A DNA stretch of 64,000 nucleotides from Eledone cirrhosa (Eukaryota). The stretch covers positions 328,910,001 through 328,974,000 of the forward strand of contig OZ024740.1 in the NCBI GenBank assembly GCA_964016885.1, in the 5' to 3' direction. The position numbers and the translations under genes are program-made. The notes under the pieces are model-generated. The model saw only the letters and a program-made list of their open reading frames with translations. It made no database searches and was not told the DNA's origin. Below are positions 1-12,757 of the stretch, piece by piece; position 1 is the first letter of the stretch, and every line of letters starts with the position of its first letter.

Positions 1-1941
1 CATTGTCTTTGCATGACATTTCCTCATACAAGTTTTAGTTTATTTATTTATTTATTAAAGAATAGTTTCAGTTGTTGTGTCACCAATCCTTACATAGATA
101 ACAGTTATCTCAGATTCTCTTGTTTATTTCTTGGCTTCCTTGAAGACTGAAAACAATTTGTTTAGTTCATTTGTTCACGTATTTATATTAGTTTCTTGTT
201 ATTAATTACAGGAGTATAATAATCGGCATCATTCTTGATAAAAATATCTATGCATAGATATCTGAATGTATGCAACTATATGAATGCACAACGTTTGGTA
301 GTGTACATTGTATCATGCATTTTGTACACTGATTAACAAGCACACTTCTTCACTAATGTATTTGAATATTTGTTTCTTTTCCTTTGTGGCAAATCAAGGC
401 ATTATTACCATTGTTGGTATTATTAAGATGTCAGATATAATTAGATAATCAAAATAATTTTCCAGCAGTTATAAACCAGACACCTGCTTTAGTCAGTAGA
501 ATAAAGTACCAGTCAGTAGAATAAAGTACCAGTTACGTACATGGCTTGATATAATCTAATATTTATATTTTAAATTTTGTTTCTGTTCTTGATTTACTTG
601 ATGTAGATGAAAACATGGTTACAGTGTTCTGAAGGGATTTCACTTCCACTGATCATACGCCCATATAACTTAATTCCATTTATATATCTGTAAATATGTA
701 TGCGTTTGTGACTTTTGAAAAAATGTATTCTTTTCCAGAGATATATACTTTCACAGAATTAAAACCTTTTGTATTATTAGAAAATTAATCTAATCTTGGC
801 ACGCCAAACCTTGGAATTGATTTACCATGCAGAAATGATTTACCATTCCGGAAAAATAAAACATTTTATCTGAGAGAAGTAAATAAATTTGTATATAAAT
901 TGTTTTATCAGGAATAAGAAACTTTTTGTTAGAAGTAACTGAATGTTCATATTGATTGATTTTATAGATGTTATTTCAAACTGGGGCCTGTGCCTATTAT
1001 CATGCAGTTGATTCCTTAAAATTAAGATATTTATACATATAAATATAATTCTATCTTTAATAAATTTTAAGTGTAACTAATAATTTTTAATATTATCAAG
1101 TTTTAAAAATACACTGTAAAGCGTTTAAAATGTATCTTTAGAAAATGGTTAATTGAAGCAGATACAATCATTTAGTTGTTCTTTAACTGAGAAACCATTA
1201 GGAAAATCTGTTAATCTTTATATCATCCTTATCCTATCTATTATAATTTGAAAGATTGAGATTATATCACCTGCCTAAAGGATTTTTAATAAATCTTTAA
1301 CGTTGCTACAGTTTTAGCCAATAGAAGTGTGCTAGAAATCATACAGCATGGATTGTTTATGGATTTTCTTTTTACATTTAGGTTTATAGTGAAGGATGGG
1401 ATGGTGGTGGGTGGCAAAATTGTAAAGAGTAAACAAGACATTGCGGTATATAGTTGCATATTCTGGGCGCATTTAATGAACTCCACCTGGAAGCAGCCTT
1501 TCAGGTCAGGTTTTCGAACTCAGTATAAATGATGTTCCTTCTCCAAACTCTTGAAGAGACACTGAAAAGTGTAGAAGAATCCTGCCTATCCTCATCTAAC
1601 TAAGCCACACAGAGGAATATGAATTCATTTTCCACTGTGTGAAATTTGACGTTCATCATTTCTGGTGTCGAAAGAATAATTACCAATCAAGAAAAGCAAT
1701 TGATATAGTAGACTATGTTGTCTCTAAATATTTGACCTTGTACCAACATGTTGCAGCCTTTTCATTAGTAGAAAGATGTGCACTTTTAACTACTTAAAAT
1801 ATTATTGTTAATATAATTTTAATTCAATTCTTATCTCGAGCATACTATCCATTATATTTATGCTGAATATTTCTCTGTATATCTTTGCTTTTCAGAATAT
1901 AATATAACATGCTCGCAACAACGACGTAATTTAACTTAAAC

Positions 1942-2052
1942 AATAATTGTTTCTACTTTTTGTACAAGGCCAGCAATTATTCCAGTGCATTACAGGTACG
2001 CTATTTTATCGACCCCGTAAGGATGAAAGGCAAAGTTAACCTCGGCGGGTTA
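1942..2052 (-). mobile_element. tRNA-derived SINE, partial copy
   Basis: Matches the family motif ttgtttctactttt...ttttatcgaccccgtaaggatgaaaggcaaagttaacctcggcggg, repeated about 10 times in the window. Confidence 0.8.
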
Positions 2053-2119
2053 ACTCTGCCTTAAACAATAATGTAAGTGGATTATGTAAACCATGTTTTG
2101 GGCCCTTGCGGCCAATAAA

Positions 2120-3447
2120 ATGATGATTATTATTATTTTGAACGTGGTATTTCAGTCATTGATGTTATTTAACCGGAGAATTTGCTCACGCGGCTACCTG
2201 CAGCCTCACATTTTCAGCACGTGTCGGAGGGCTTTTGTTATTCCCGTAGGTATATCTTTTGAATTGTCTAAAAAAGGGACTGTGCTAATGTTCTTTAGCC
2301 AGCCTTGGAAACTCTTCGAGACAGTAACTAGTAATCCTATGGCGATGGGGACGATTGTGATCTCATAACACTTCCCAATCCATTTCAGTTCCCACTTTAG
2401 ATCCTGGTACCAGTTAATTTTCTCCTCCTTTTCTTGCACTCTTGTGTCAAAGGGGGAATCTAAATCTATAATACAACAAGATATTTCCCTTGTAAAAGAC
2501 CAACAGCTCATACCTATTGTATTCTTATTCAACCGTTAATTATCTATCACTGACGCATGCTTACGCTCATACCACTTCTTAGGATTGGGTAAATTATTCA
2601 GTTTGCATAATATCATGGCTCCATCCTTTATAATAAGACTGAGCTAAGTGCTTACACTGGGATACGATGTGTGCCACTGTTTCATCCCCACACAGATCCA
2701 ACAGAGCGCTTTAGCTTCCTCCTTGTCAATATGATATTTCATCCATTTCGGTCAAAGGGCTTGCTTGTGTGTAAACAGTAGCATTCCCTCTATAGATTTC
2801 TTAAGGTTCTCATTTTTTAACCAGTCCCAATCCTCGGTCCCTGATTTCTGTTTTCTTCATGAAGATTATATGAAGGGTTTTTTCATTCAGGTTGTTCTTC
2901 CTTTATGTTGTTACTCCGTTCATGGGCATCTCCTGGTCTATTATCTCTGCCTTCAAATCAGCCTTAAGCATTGACTCGTTACTCTCATACACATACTTAT
3001 ATAAATATATCCTCACCACCTCAACACCGTCCTGATTATACCTCTACCACCTTCAGATCTCTTTAAGTACAGTCTATCAACACTACGCTCCGTAGGGAAC
3101 ATACTAAGGTAGTCATTAATTTACTTGTCTTTCATTTTACTCGTTTACATTCCATTTAAGGTTTCCTGCACTGTACCTAATAATAGATACAGCTCGGGAA
3201 TTTACTGCACTTATGGCAGTCCTACTATTTAGATGTGATTTTAATATTTTTCTTACTATTCTTATGTATTCAGATCTTATCATCTCCTTCATTTGATTGT
3301 TTTTGATGTTATCTGTCTCCAATAAATCAAATACCTATATCCTTCTTCGGTGTCGATCACCAGTTAGTACCTCTATTCCATTGCTTCTCTTTAATTTATC
3401 TCCCCTCATCACTAGGATTCCACACTTATCAACATCAAATTCTTTAC
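2120..3447 (-). pseudogene. Degenerate R4/Dong-like non-LTR retrotransposon 3' part (RT thumb, zinc knuckle, restriction-like endonuclease)
   Basis: Minus-strand peptides EYIRIVRKILKSHLNSRTAISAVNSRAVSIIRYSAG, C..ETVAHIVSQCKHLA and IIDLDSPFD..EKINWYQDL..IVPIAIGLL; many stops and frameshifts; ends in a short (TAA)n run. Confidence 0.75.
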
Positions 3448-3540
3448 ATTTTGCCTTTCATCCTTACGGGGTCGATAAAATAAAGTACCAGTAATGTACT
3501 GGGTAATTGCTGGCCTTGTGCCAAAAGTAGAAACAATTAT
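3448..3540 (+). mobile_element. tRNA-derived SINE, 3' half
   Basis: tttgcctttcatccttacggggtcgataaaataaagtaccagt...gtagaaacaatt. Confidence 0.8.
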
Positions 3541-6039
3541 TATTTATATTACTACGTCTTTCATGAAAAGGCTTGGGATCCGCCCTTCAGAGGCAGTGCC
3601 CAAATTTCTACCACCACTAGCATTGCCAGAATTGTACGTGTTATATGATGCCTCTTCTATCAGGGACTGATCTTAGGCCAATTAACTACCAAGCGATTGC
3701 TAGAGAAACATTAGAAAAGGAAAATAACAATTATTATTTCCTCATTGCAAATTATGGATCAAGCATACTTCAATTTTATTTCTCTTCAAACTATCAAGTA
3801 CAAGTGTTTTTTTTCCCAATGTTAAATATTTAATTATGAAAATTACCAGTAGTTCATTTGTAAACACCTGTGTACTGGAGCAAAGAAACAAAGTTTTAAG
3901 AGCATAAATGGATACATGTTTAGCGGATGAGTGACTGCTGAGCTGGTCAAAGCTTCTAATGAGAATATTACTTCATATCCCTTCACCGAACCAGCCTTGC
4001 TTCAGGTCACTAATTCTGAGATTGTTAATTAGAGTCGAAGCTCTAAATAATTGAGAGTTTTCTAATTAAATCAAATGTAAAAAAGAAATTCTAATTTTCC
4101 CAATACAGTACCTTTTTATATACTCGATACTATAGTTAATAGAACTTTACTTCTATTGGTAAACAATTTGTATTAAAACTTGGTGGATATGTGTAATTGT
4201 ACAATACGTTGTTTAGACTATCTATCAATCTGTCAAATGGAGACAATCTGAATACTCAAACGGTTATATGAAGAGCAACAATTTCTTCGCTATTGATTAG
4301 AATAAATCATTTACAGTTCCTAACGCAAATAAAATACAACTTTAAATGCATCACTTCAACATTACATGTTGCATTATTCTTGCAGTCTATGTGGAAAATT
4401 TTGTTTTACATCTATATTCAATAGAAATAGAAAGCATCCATTAATATTCATTCCCATTGTGAATTTAGTCAATACAGAGTTGAAGTTAATCGAAGTGATT
4501 TATATATGTGTTGTTCTGCAACTGGCAGATGCGGTTTTACTTGGCAATTTCTGAAGTCGTAAATTGATAATGGCTTTCGAAAAATGTCGTCGGAATTAAT
4601 CAAGAGCAGATATTTATAAGGTCGAAAGTGCCGTAAAGTTTGGAATAAATAAAATATTTGGTTCATAGCTATTAACTACAAGACATATTGACTGCACTGC
4701 GACTGGATTCAAATCAATTCTACCTTTATCTTGCAAATTGTACCATAGAAACATTTTGTATTTTAGTAACCTAAATATTTATATAGGCATACTAATGATA
4801 GTATCGAGTTAGCTTCTCTGAATCATTCACCAAATGTGACTATAACTAGTTTTAAAGCCCTACACAATTCTGGCAAGTTTCCTATTTCAAAAGTAAACTA
4901 ATACAGAGAAATCAAATATGTGATAATACTTCTTACGCAAAGGTAAAGTATGTCACCAAAATTCGATATCTGCATCCTCACCAGTCTAGACCTCTCAGCA
5001 CAACAAAATAAAAGATAAGTATTTCATCAACTATGATGACGTTTGGACATTACATTGTATATAGATACATTGTACATCTGTGCATATACATTTGTTTTAC
5101 AAGCTTGCATTCATCCATTATCGCTGCATGAGAACTCAGATAGTTTCGATTAATTATTGCCATTTGATGAAGGTCGTCAATTCGTGTTCATCATACAAAG
5201 AAAGGAAACATCTTAGAACTACTTAAAATAATGATTTGGGTAACAGCCACATACGTTTTGCATGCCATGACGTTTTGCTGACAGCACGTAATCAAATCTC
5301 TAACGTATTTAACAGTGCTTCAAAACGGATGAAGTAATTGAAATAGCTGAGTCATTGGAGATAGTTGTCGCTGGTTATCCGATCATTTCATCGAATATCT
5401 ACGAGATATTTACTTATGTAATAACGCCGTCACTTCAACTCACCTCTTCCTACTGTCTACCCTCTCTCACTCTGTGGTGTTCATTTACACGGAAGACCTC
5501 CTGATTCTATCTGTTTAAAGAAACAACTATCTACTTCGCGCCTTGTGTGTTATTTTCTCATTGGTTCGAACAGCGTAACGACGTTAAGGAATGTCGAATT
5601 TAGACACTTATATCACACCGTAGAACGACTCATCGTATCATTTTGCACTCTACCATTACATACCGTTTTATTATATACTCTACTACAACACACAACACCA
5701 CCACACCACACATAATTACATAGTTATATCTCACAAACTATATACACGCATGACCCGATTTAGCGGGAGACTGAGGGGGTAAATATGTGCATCAAATAAG
5801 AACAGGCAACGCCCTCTCTGATCAGGGAACCTTCTTCGAACAGGGCCACCCTCTTTAAACAGGGCGCTAGCTACGTTTTAAGAATAGGAATAGAAAAGGT
5901 GCCTGATGATAAATATAATGTAATCTTTAAGGGAAAATATTTTTAACAATGTAAATTGTGTCACTGGTGTGCCAATTTATCAAAATTACTCTATTTTAGC
6001 GGCACTAGTTAGCGAAAGGAAAAGGAGGTGAGTGTGGTG

Positions 6040-7450
6040 TATAAGTAGGATTGCATATGAGCGTATGTATAAGTTAGATCAATTATGTTGCCTGATGTGT
6101 ATATATATATTTATATGTAAGGATGTGTGGGCATATGCTTTTGTGTGTGTGTGTGTGTATGTACACAATGACCATTCATCTCTTATCTCTATAATTTGAT
6201 ATCATGATTGATAGTGGACTGAGATATTCGAAATTCAACGAAATTCAAAAAGAATGTGAAATCGTATCCTCTCTGTCTGCCTGTCTTTCTCTGTATCTGT
6301 ATCTCTCTTCCTCTTTCTCCCTCTTCCTTTCCCATCTCTTCTATCTAAAGGTAGACAAACATTTGTCACAATGTTTTCTTCTCACTATAATGTAAGTAAA
6401 TTGTTTATCATTATGAACATTTGATAAAATATATCTTAAAAACTTAAGTGTATTTTAACTGTTGAAGTTTAAAATGTAACATTTCCAGTGAAATATAAGT
6501 TGATACGAAACCACTTGAAACTAATTCAACAATACAAAACTATTTTAAAGTGTTAAATTCATTTAAAAACCTTCTATCATAATTTTATCAAAACCTTTAT
6601 TATATTATGTTCCAAACACCGGCTTAATAATCAGTAAGTCAGTATTTTACACTTAAATTTTGTATGCATAAATTGTCAATTACGATTTCGTGCACTAAAT
6701 GTACTTTAATATTCAAAATTAGGAATTATCTGTGTATTTTAATTTTTGTCTGTAAGAGACTCATATATTCAAGGACGTGGTGTGTATGTATTGAAGTATA
6801 TTTATGAGTGCTTATATATATAGTGTGCGTATAGTTATATGAATTATGGTGTTTAATGCTAATGTGCTAATTTGTGCTTGTATGTGTGTGTATGTGACAA
6901 TGATCATTCGTCCTCTATCTCCATGATTTGACCTCATGACCTGGTAGTAGACTGTGGTATTTGAAATCCATGGAAATGGGAAATATACACATCTCTATTC
7001 AGTTGCCGCTATCTTTGATTATATATTTCTCTTACTCGCTTCTCCCACCTCCTTTTTGTGTATGTAGCCAGACATTTAACATAATATTTTCTTTACACTA
7101 AAATGTAAGTTAATTATTTACCATTAGGAAGATTTTATAAAATATATCTTAAAAAACGTAAGTGGATTTTAATTGTTGAATCTTAAAATCTAAACTTTGT
7201 ACTGTAATAATGTTTGGTACGAAACCACCTGAAACTGGTTCTAAAATACAAAACGATATTAAAGTGTTTAAATCTTTTTATGAAAATAAACTTTATTATA
7301 TTAACAATGGCTTAAAATGAAAGTTTGTTATATATCTTATTTTTATTTTGCATTTACCTTTTGTATGTATAAATTGCCAATTACAATTTGATGCACGGAT
7401 TGGATTTTGATGTAAATTTGGTAATTTGCTGTACATTTTAAGTTTTGTCA
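6040..7450. repeat. Old direct tandem duplication, unit about 735 bp
   Basis: caatgaccattcatc at ~6165 matches caatgatcattcgtc at ~6898; tacgaaaccacttgaaac at ~6505 matches tacgaaaccacctgaaac at ~7218. Confidence 0.7.
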
Positions 7451-7689
7451 GAGGTACTGGCAACTGTGGAACGAGTTAATGAGGAGAGGATTGTCACTAA
7501 AACTGAATAGAAATATATAGAATATGTGTGGGAGAAATGTCATAATTTTTGGTAGCAAGATATAGGTGAAATATGTTCAGAATACGCAGAATGTGGAAAA
7601 GCATTGAAGTATGGAAAGAGCAAAAAGGGAGAATGGTAAGGTGAATGAGTGGAGTATTGCTAAGAGTGAAGATAACAAATAGCGAATTG

Positions 7690-7910
7690 CAGAGAGTGAT
7701 GTGGTGTATCTCGACTTCAAAAAATATTTTGATCATGAAAAGATATACCCAAACTATATAATCTTCGGATATTTGGAAACATAGTAGCTTGTTGCACGAC
7801 TTCGCAAGAGATGTAAAGCAAGCAGTTTTTGCAAATGGAGCTCTCTGAATAGAAATAGTAACTGGAGGCCTCCAAAAGAATGGATTGAAGCCATTGGTGT
7901 TTGTATTAGC
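7690..7910 (+). pseudogene. Highly decayed CR1-like LINE RT fragment
   Basis: gatgtggtgtatctcgacttcaaaaaatattttgat = DVVYLDFKKYFD, resembling the CR1 DxxYLDFxKAFD motif; remnant of the SGVPQG region downstream. Confidence 0.5.
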
Positions 7911-8157
7911 TTACTCAGTTGTACATCTAGTTACTCTCAGCAGCTAAGCTGATTACAGGAAAGCCGCGCAAGATGATGTCGCGCACTTACAGAAAATTTG
8001 AATGGAATTGGCATGCGCCCTGAAAAAAAGCAGCATGGATGTAATGGTGTAGGGTTATATATATATATTTGAATTGCAAGGTTTTTGATATGAAATCGTG
8101 TGTCGAAACAAATATTGTTATACTTGGGGAGGGTCATATTGTTGTAATATTGCCAGA

Positions 8158-8346
8158 AATAATTGTTTCTACTTTTGGCACAAGGCCAGCAATTACCCAG
8201 TACATTACTGGTACTTTATTTTATCGACCCCGTAAGAATGAAAGGCAAAGTTAACCTCGGCGGGATTTGAACTCAGAATGGAAAGGACCGTAACTCTATG
8301 CGTCAAAGCATGGCGTCCGACCCTCTACCGATACTGCCAATCCACT
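8158..8346 (-). mobile_element. tRNA-derived SINE, near full length
   Basis: Minus strand has A-box-like TGGCAGTATCGG and B-box GTTCAAATCC, followed by the conserved core gcctttcat.cttacggggtcgataaaat (resembles the Nin/Deu SINE domain). Confidence 0.85.
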
Positions 8347-8734
8347 TGTTTGATTGGTTTTCGCTTCTGTACTTTTTATATCTTCATAGTTAATTTATCT
8401 GGCAATTAATGTTAAATATCAGCGGTTAAATATACAGATATGAATATATATACATCTCAACATCATCAGTGGGGACATAATAGTACCACTGATGATATTG
8501 CAGAATGTGGAACGAAAGCACATTGATAGACCATATATATATGTGTATTTTTAACCGCTGGTCAATCAATGATAAACATTGATTTCCAAATAAATTAACT
8601 ATGGAGATATAAAAGATACAGAAACGAAAACCAACCATACAGTGAGTGTGTTTTGTTATTATGTCTGGCAATATTACAACAATATGACCCTCTCCAAGTA
8701 TAACAATATATATTTATATATATATATATATAAT

Positions 8735-9377
8735 AAAATAAAATAAGGGTAGAGGTCAGATGTACTTAACAATAGCAAACACAAACACTACAGGGAGCCT
8801 CACCCCAGAAACAATTTCTATAGACTTTGGACTGAGGAATGCTCTCAAAACTGACCAATGGGAAGAGTGACCTTACAAATTTTTATAACAACACCACTAC
8901 CAACATAAGAATAGAGGTCAGATGTACTTAAAAATAACAAGAACAACAACTACAGATTGTCTTGCCTCAGAACGAATTTCTATAGACTTTTGACTGAGGA
9001 ATGTTCTAACAACTGACCAATGAGAGGAGAAGAGGCCCTCTGACGCTGAATTCGTTTGTTTAAATTCATATGATTCCAGTTCCTCAGTGAAATAACAACC
9101 CAACGAGAAACTGGGCATATCAGAGTATTGACAAAGTTATACACCTGAACAACATGTGTCCTCGTCTCTACCACACTAATTCGGATTGCCTGAAGAGGTC
9201 ACAGCCAAAGATGGCTGCCACCGAAATATATATAGCAGTAATAAACGAAGCCAAATTTTAAACGTTTGACTTATTTATTTTATTTTACATTACTCCGGAG
9301 TAACCAAACCAGCCCGCGCACTTCGTCGAGTGCTCCAATCTGCATACTTAGGTGTTGGTATACAACCAACATATACT

Positions 9378-9380
<3 letters not shown>
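8735..9380 (+). mobile_element. Non-coding HHR-bearing repeat (solo pLTR / non-autonomous PLE-like)
   Basis: Bounded by (TA)n; internal duplicated block agaggtcagatgtacttaa...gactgaggaatg...ctgaccaatg; second copy at 38143-38762; contains an HHR. Confidence 0.7.
9185..9239 (+). ncRNA. Type I hammerhead ribozyme
   Basis: attgc CTGAAGA ggt-ca-cagcca aaga tggctg-cc-acc GAAA tatata TA gcagt; intact core, palindromic stem III, predicted cut after 9234. Confidence 0.85.
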
Positions 9381-9381
<1 letters not shown>

Positions 9382-9453
<72 letters not shown>

Positions 9454-9504
9454 ATACATATATGTATATATATATATATATCTATATATATATGTATATA
9501 TATA
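9382..9504. repeat. (TA)n microsatellite
   Basis: Direct reading. Confidence 0.95.
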
Positions 9505-9723
9505 TTTCGTTTCTGAATTTGTTTAGCAAGATTCTTTATCTGAAATCGTGTGTTGAAACCCAAATTGTTATATTTTAAGAGGGTCATGTTGCCAATAAGA
9601 AACACACGCACCAGTTGCTTTCACTTCACTTTATTATAATAAATTTATAAATTTAGGAATTCATAAATTTATAAATTTCTGGTTGGTTGGTTGGTTCCAC
9701 AACCAGTTAGTTGTTTATATATT

Positions 9724-9766
9724 GTCAAAGTTCTTTCGTCACACATTCTGTGACCTCATCAGTGAG
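9724..9766 (-). ncRNA. Minimal type I hammerhead ribozyme in PLE 3' region
   Basis: Minus strand: ctca CTGATGA g gtcaca gaatg tgtgac GAAA gaac TT tgac. Confidence 0.75.
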
Positions 9767-9967
9767 TGGGGATTCTTTTCTTCGTTTTTGTGCCTCTCCT
9801 TTGTTCTGTCCTACGCCATTTTGTTTCTGTGTGTGTGTTGTGCGCTCAGTCTGCGCATGCGCCACATACGGGTGTCTGTGTGTGTTTATATTTGTTTATT
9901 TATTTGTTTATTTACATGTTACCGGTTGGTTGTTTGTTCTATGTGTGTGCGTGTTTTCGTTTTGTCC

Positions 9968-10285
9968 TTAATTGTAAGTTGTGATGTTGCTGTTCCACTC
10001 ATATTTTCTATTTAATTTTGGTTGTAATTCTTTTATGTTTATTGCCTCTGTGATTTGTCTAAACATTGCGTCTTTTCTGTGTGTAGATTCTATTTTTATT
10101 TCTATGTTCTCTAATTTACCCTTATGTTCTATTTTAGCATGTTGGTAGAGTACAGATGATTCTTTACTATCTTGAAGGTCTCGCCAGTGTTCATTTATCC
10201 GTTCCCCTACACTACGGGCTGTCTCACCTATGTACACTATATTTTTGTCTCTACATTGTCCTTCAGTACATCTTATGCTATACAC
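9968..10285 (-). pseudogene. GIY-YIG endonuclease domain of PLE
   Basis: VYSIRC...IVYIGETARSVGERINEH...RQITEAINI..LNRKYEWN. Confidence 0.85.
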
Positions 10286-12757
10286 TACATTTCTAGTTTT
10301 ACAGTTAATATGGGGGCTTATTTTACAGGTTATGCATTTCTTATCTATACAGGGGGGGATCTTTACAGGGGGGATCTTTAGAGGGGCGGTCTTTGAAAAG
10401 GGTATGTCTTGCTAATAAGTGTTTTTACGGAGGTACCTGGTCTTTCTACTATCTTAATATTGAGTTTATATTTATCTAGGGCCCTTCTAAATTTGTAAGC
10501 TAATTCACCCCTAGGGGTTGTATCGATGAACATTACACTCTGGTATTTATTGCTATCATACCATGAGTTTATTCTATTAGCCTTATTCCTAGTTCTTTCT
10601 ATTCTATTCCAAAATTTGCTCCTATACAAGGGGCAGGTCCCATTTGTGTCATTATTTACCATTTTTTCCCATTTGGTTCTGGCTCCTCTATACACTCTTA
10701 TTTTATCTCTCTGATTGTAACCAGAGAACTGCATACGGTGGATGAAGTGTTGTATGTGTCTCTCTAGTTCTTCCGGGTTGCACATGCGGGACACGTTTCT
10801 CATCACCCGTACCAAATCCGCAATCAGTATGTTGATTTTGGTATGGTCCGAAACAGCCGAGTTTCGGTGGATCAGATGTTTGGAAGTCATGGGTTTGGCA
10901 TAATGGGAATGGAGGATTTGTTTTTTGTTATTAATGGTATCTAACCAGAGCTCTGTGTCTAGTACAGGTAATCGATGGTTAGGGTGTTTAGTTGGGTAGT
11001 CTATAGTAACTCTAATACTCTGGTGGATGGAGTTAGCTATTTGCTGGATGCTTTCCATTGTGTTTTTCTCTAGTTCCTGACTGTTCTCTAGTGGCGGTGT
11101 CTTAACTACGATGTTTATATCATCAACGTAGCGGGAGTACATTATCAGCGTTAAGGGGTCTTCTAATTGTTCTTTAAGTTTAAGTTTAAGTCTACTGTCC
11201 CCCATACCATGAATAAGTTAGCTATGTCGCCTGAAATGCTAACACCAATGGCTGCTCCTTCCTCCTGGGCATATGTTTTTCCATTAAATTTGAACATATG
11301 TTCCTTAAGGGTTAGTTTTATGCTGGCCCCTACCGCATGTGCAATCATTTTCTTCAGTTCATCGTGGTTTTCGGGTGTCCGTATGACTCTGGTCCACCCG
11401 TTCCATCTATCCGTGTCGGTTTTCTTGGCCATTGAGGTAATGGTAGGTGGTCTGCCTCGTCGCAGGTCGAACGACTTATCAGAGGGATTATAAAAACTAG
11501 AGATCCAGGCTGCTGATTTATGTGTACTAGTGCTATTGTTATTGTTAGTTGTGTTGTTTCTATTTCTATTTCCACTAACAGCCTCATGGTTGTTTCTATG
11601 TCTCTCATAATTATTCCTGTCTCTTTCCACTGGCTCATTGTTATTATCTACTCTATTTTGTGTGTCTGTGTGTTCGTCTTGGTTATTATCTTTGTCCATA
11701 GTCTCCCTTCTCCTTTTAATCCTATTACTTTCCCTTATTTCTGTGATTTCTGTGCTACTGTCATTATTTGCTTTCTGTGTCTGTGTGTTTGTTAAGATTG
11801 TGGTGGTGGTGAGAGACATTGAATGTGTGTGTGTTGTTGTTGTGGATGTGTGCTGTTGTTGATGTGTGTTGTTGTTGTTGTTGTCTCCGTGTGTGTTATT
11901 ATTGTTGTGTGTGTTGTTATTGTTATTGACATATACAACACACATCCCAACAATAACAGACACACAGACACAAACAACAATAACAACAACACACACACCA
12001 ACAATAATAACATACCCAGAAACAACAACAACACACACGCAGACACAAACAACAATAACAACACACAACAATAATAACACACACAGAGAAAACAACAACA
12101 CACACACATTCAATGCCTCTCACCACCACCACAATCTTAACAAACACACAGACACAGAAAACAAATAATGACAGTAGCCCAGCATTCACAGAAATAAGGG
12201 AAAGTAATAGGATTAAAAGGAGAAGGGAGACTATGGACAAAGATAATAACCAAGACGAACACACAGACACACAAAATAGAGTAGATAATAACAATGAGCC
12301 AGTGGAAAGAGACACGAATAATTATGAGAGACATAGAAACAATCATGAGGCTGTTGGTGGAAATAGAAATAGAAACAACACAACTAACAATAACAATAGC
12401 ACTAGTACACATAAAGCAGCAGCCTGGAACTCTACCTTTTATAATCCCTCCGATAAGTCGTTCGACCTGCGACGAGTCCACGCCACGACTTTACCATTTA
12501 ACAAACGCACGCAATTGCCGTCGCAGGTCGATGAACAAACAGAAGCACAATTTAGTATAGCTAGATCCGAACTTAGAAATATTATAGAACAGTATAGCAA
12601 GAAGCATAATAGGATGGAGGCCCAGCAACTGGAAGAAAAATCTGCAAATGGCTTGCGTAAGCTCATGCAGCGCTCGCGTAATGGAGAGATAGCATGCTTT
12701 CCAACAGACAAGTCTGGCAGAATGTCGGTTGACAGCCTGCCAAACTACATCTAGGCA

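Larger units (their letters stand above)
9520..11930 (-). mobile_element. Penelope-like element, internally deleted inverted copy of 11930-15245
   Basis: ORFs 11163-12113, 10378-11205 (YSRYVDD) and 9968-10285 (GIY-YIG) are near-identical to the plus-strand copy; lacks 876 bp of the RT N-terminal part; frameshifted. Confidence 0.9.

Noticed and set aside
5903-5940. CTGATGA followed by GAAA
   Set aside because: No stems I-III can be formed. The same applies to CTGATGA near 54320 and 59715.
8240-8346. tRNA-like A and B boxes
   Set aside because: They are SINE heads; no cloverleaf of a functional tRNA.
11520-12481. Cluster of overlapping Val/Cys/Thr-rich ORFs
   Set aside because: Shadow frames of the low-complexity centre of the inverted PLE doublet.
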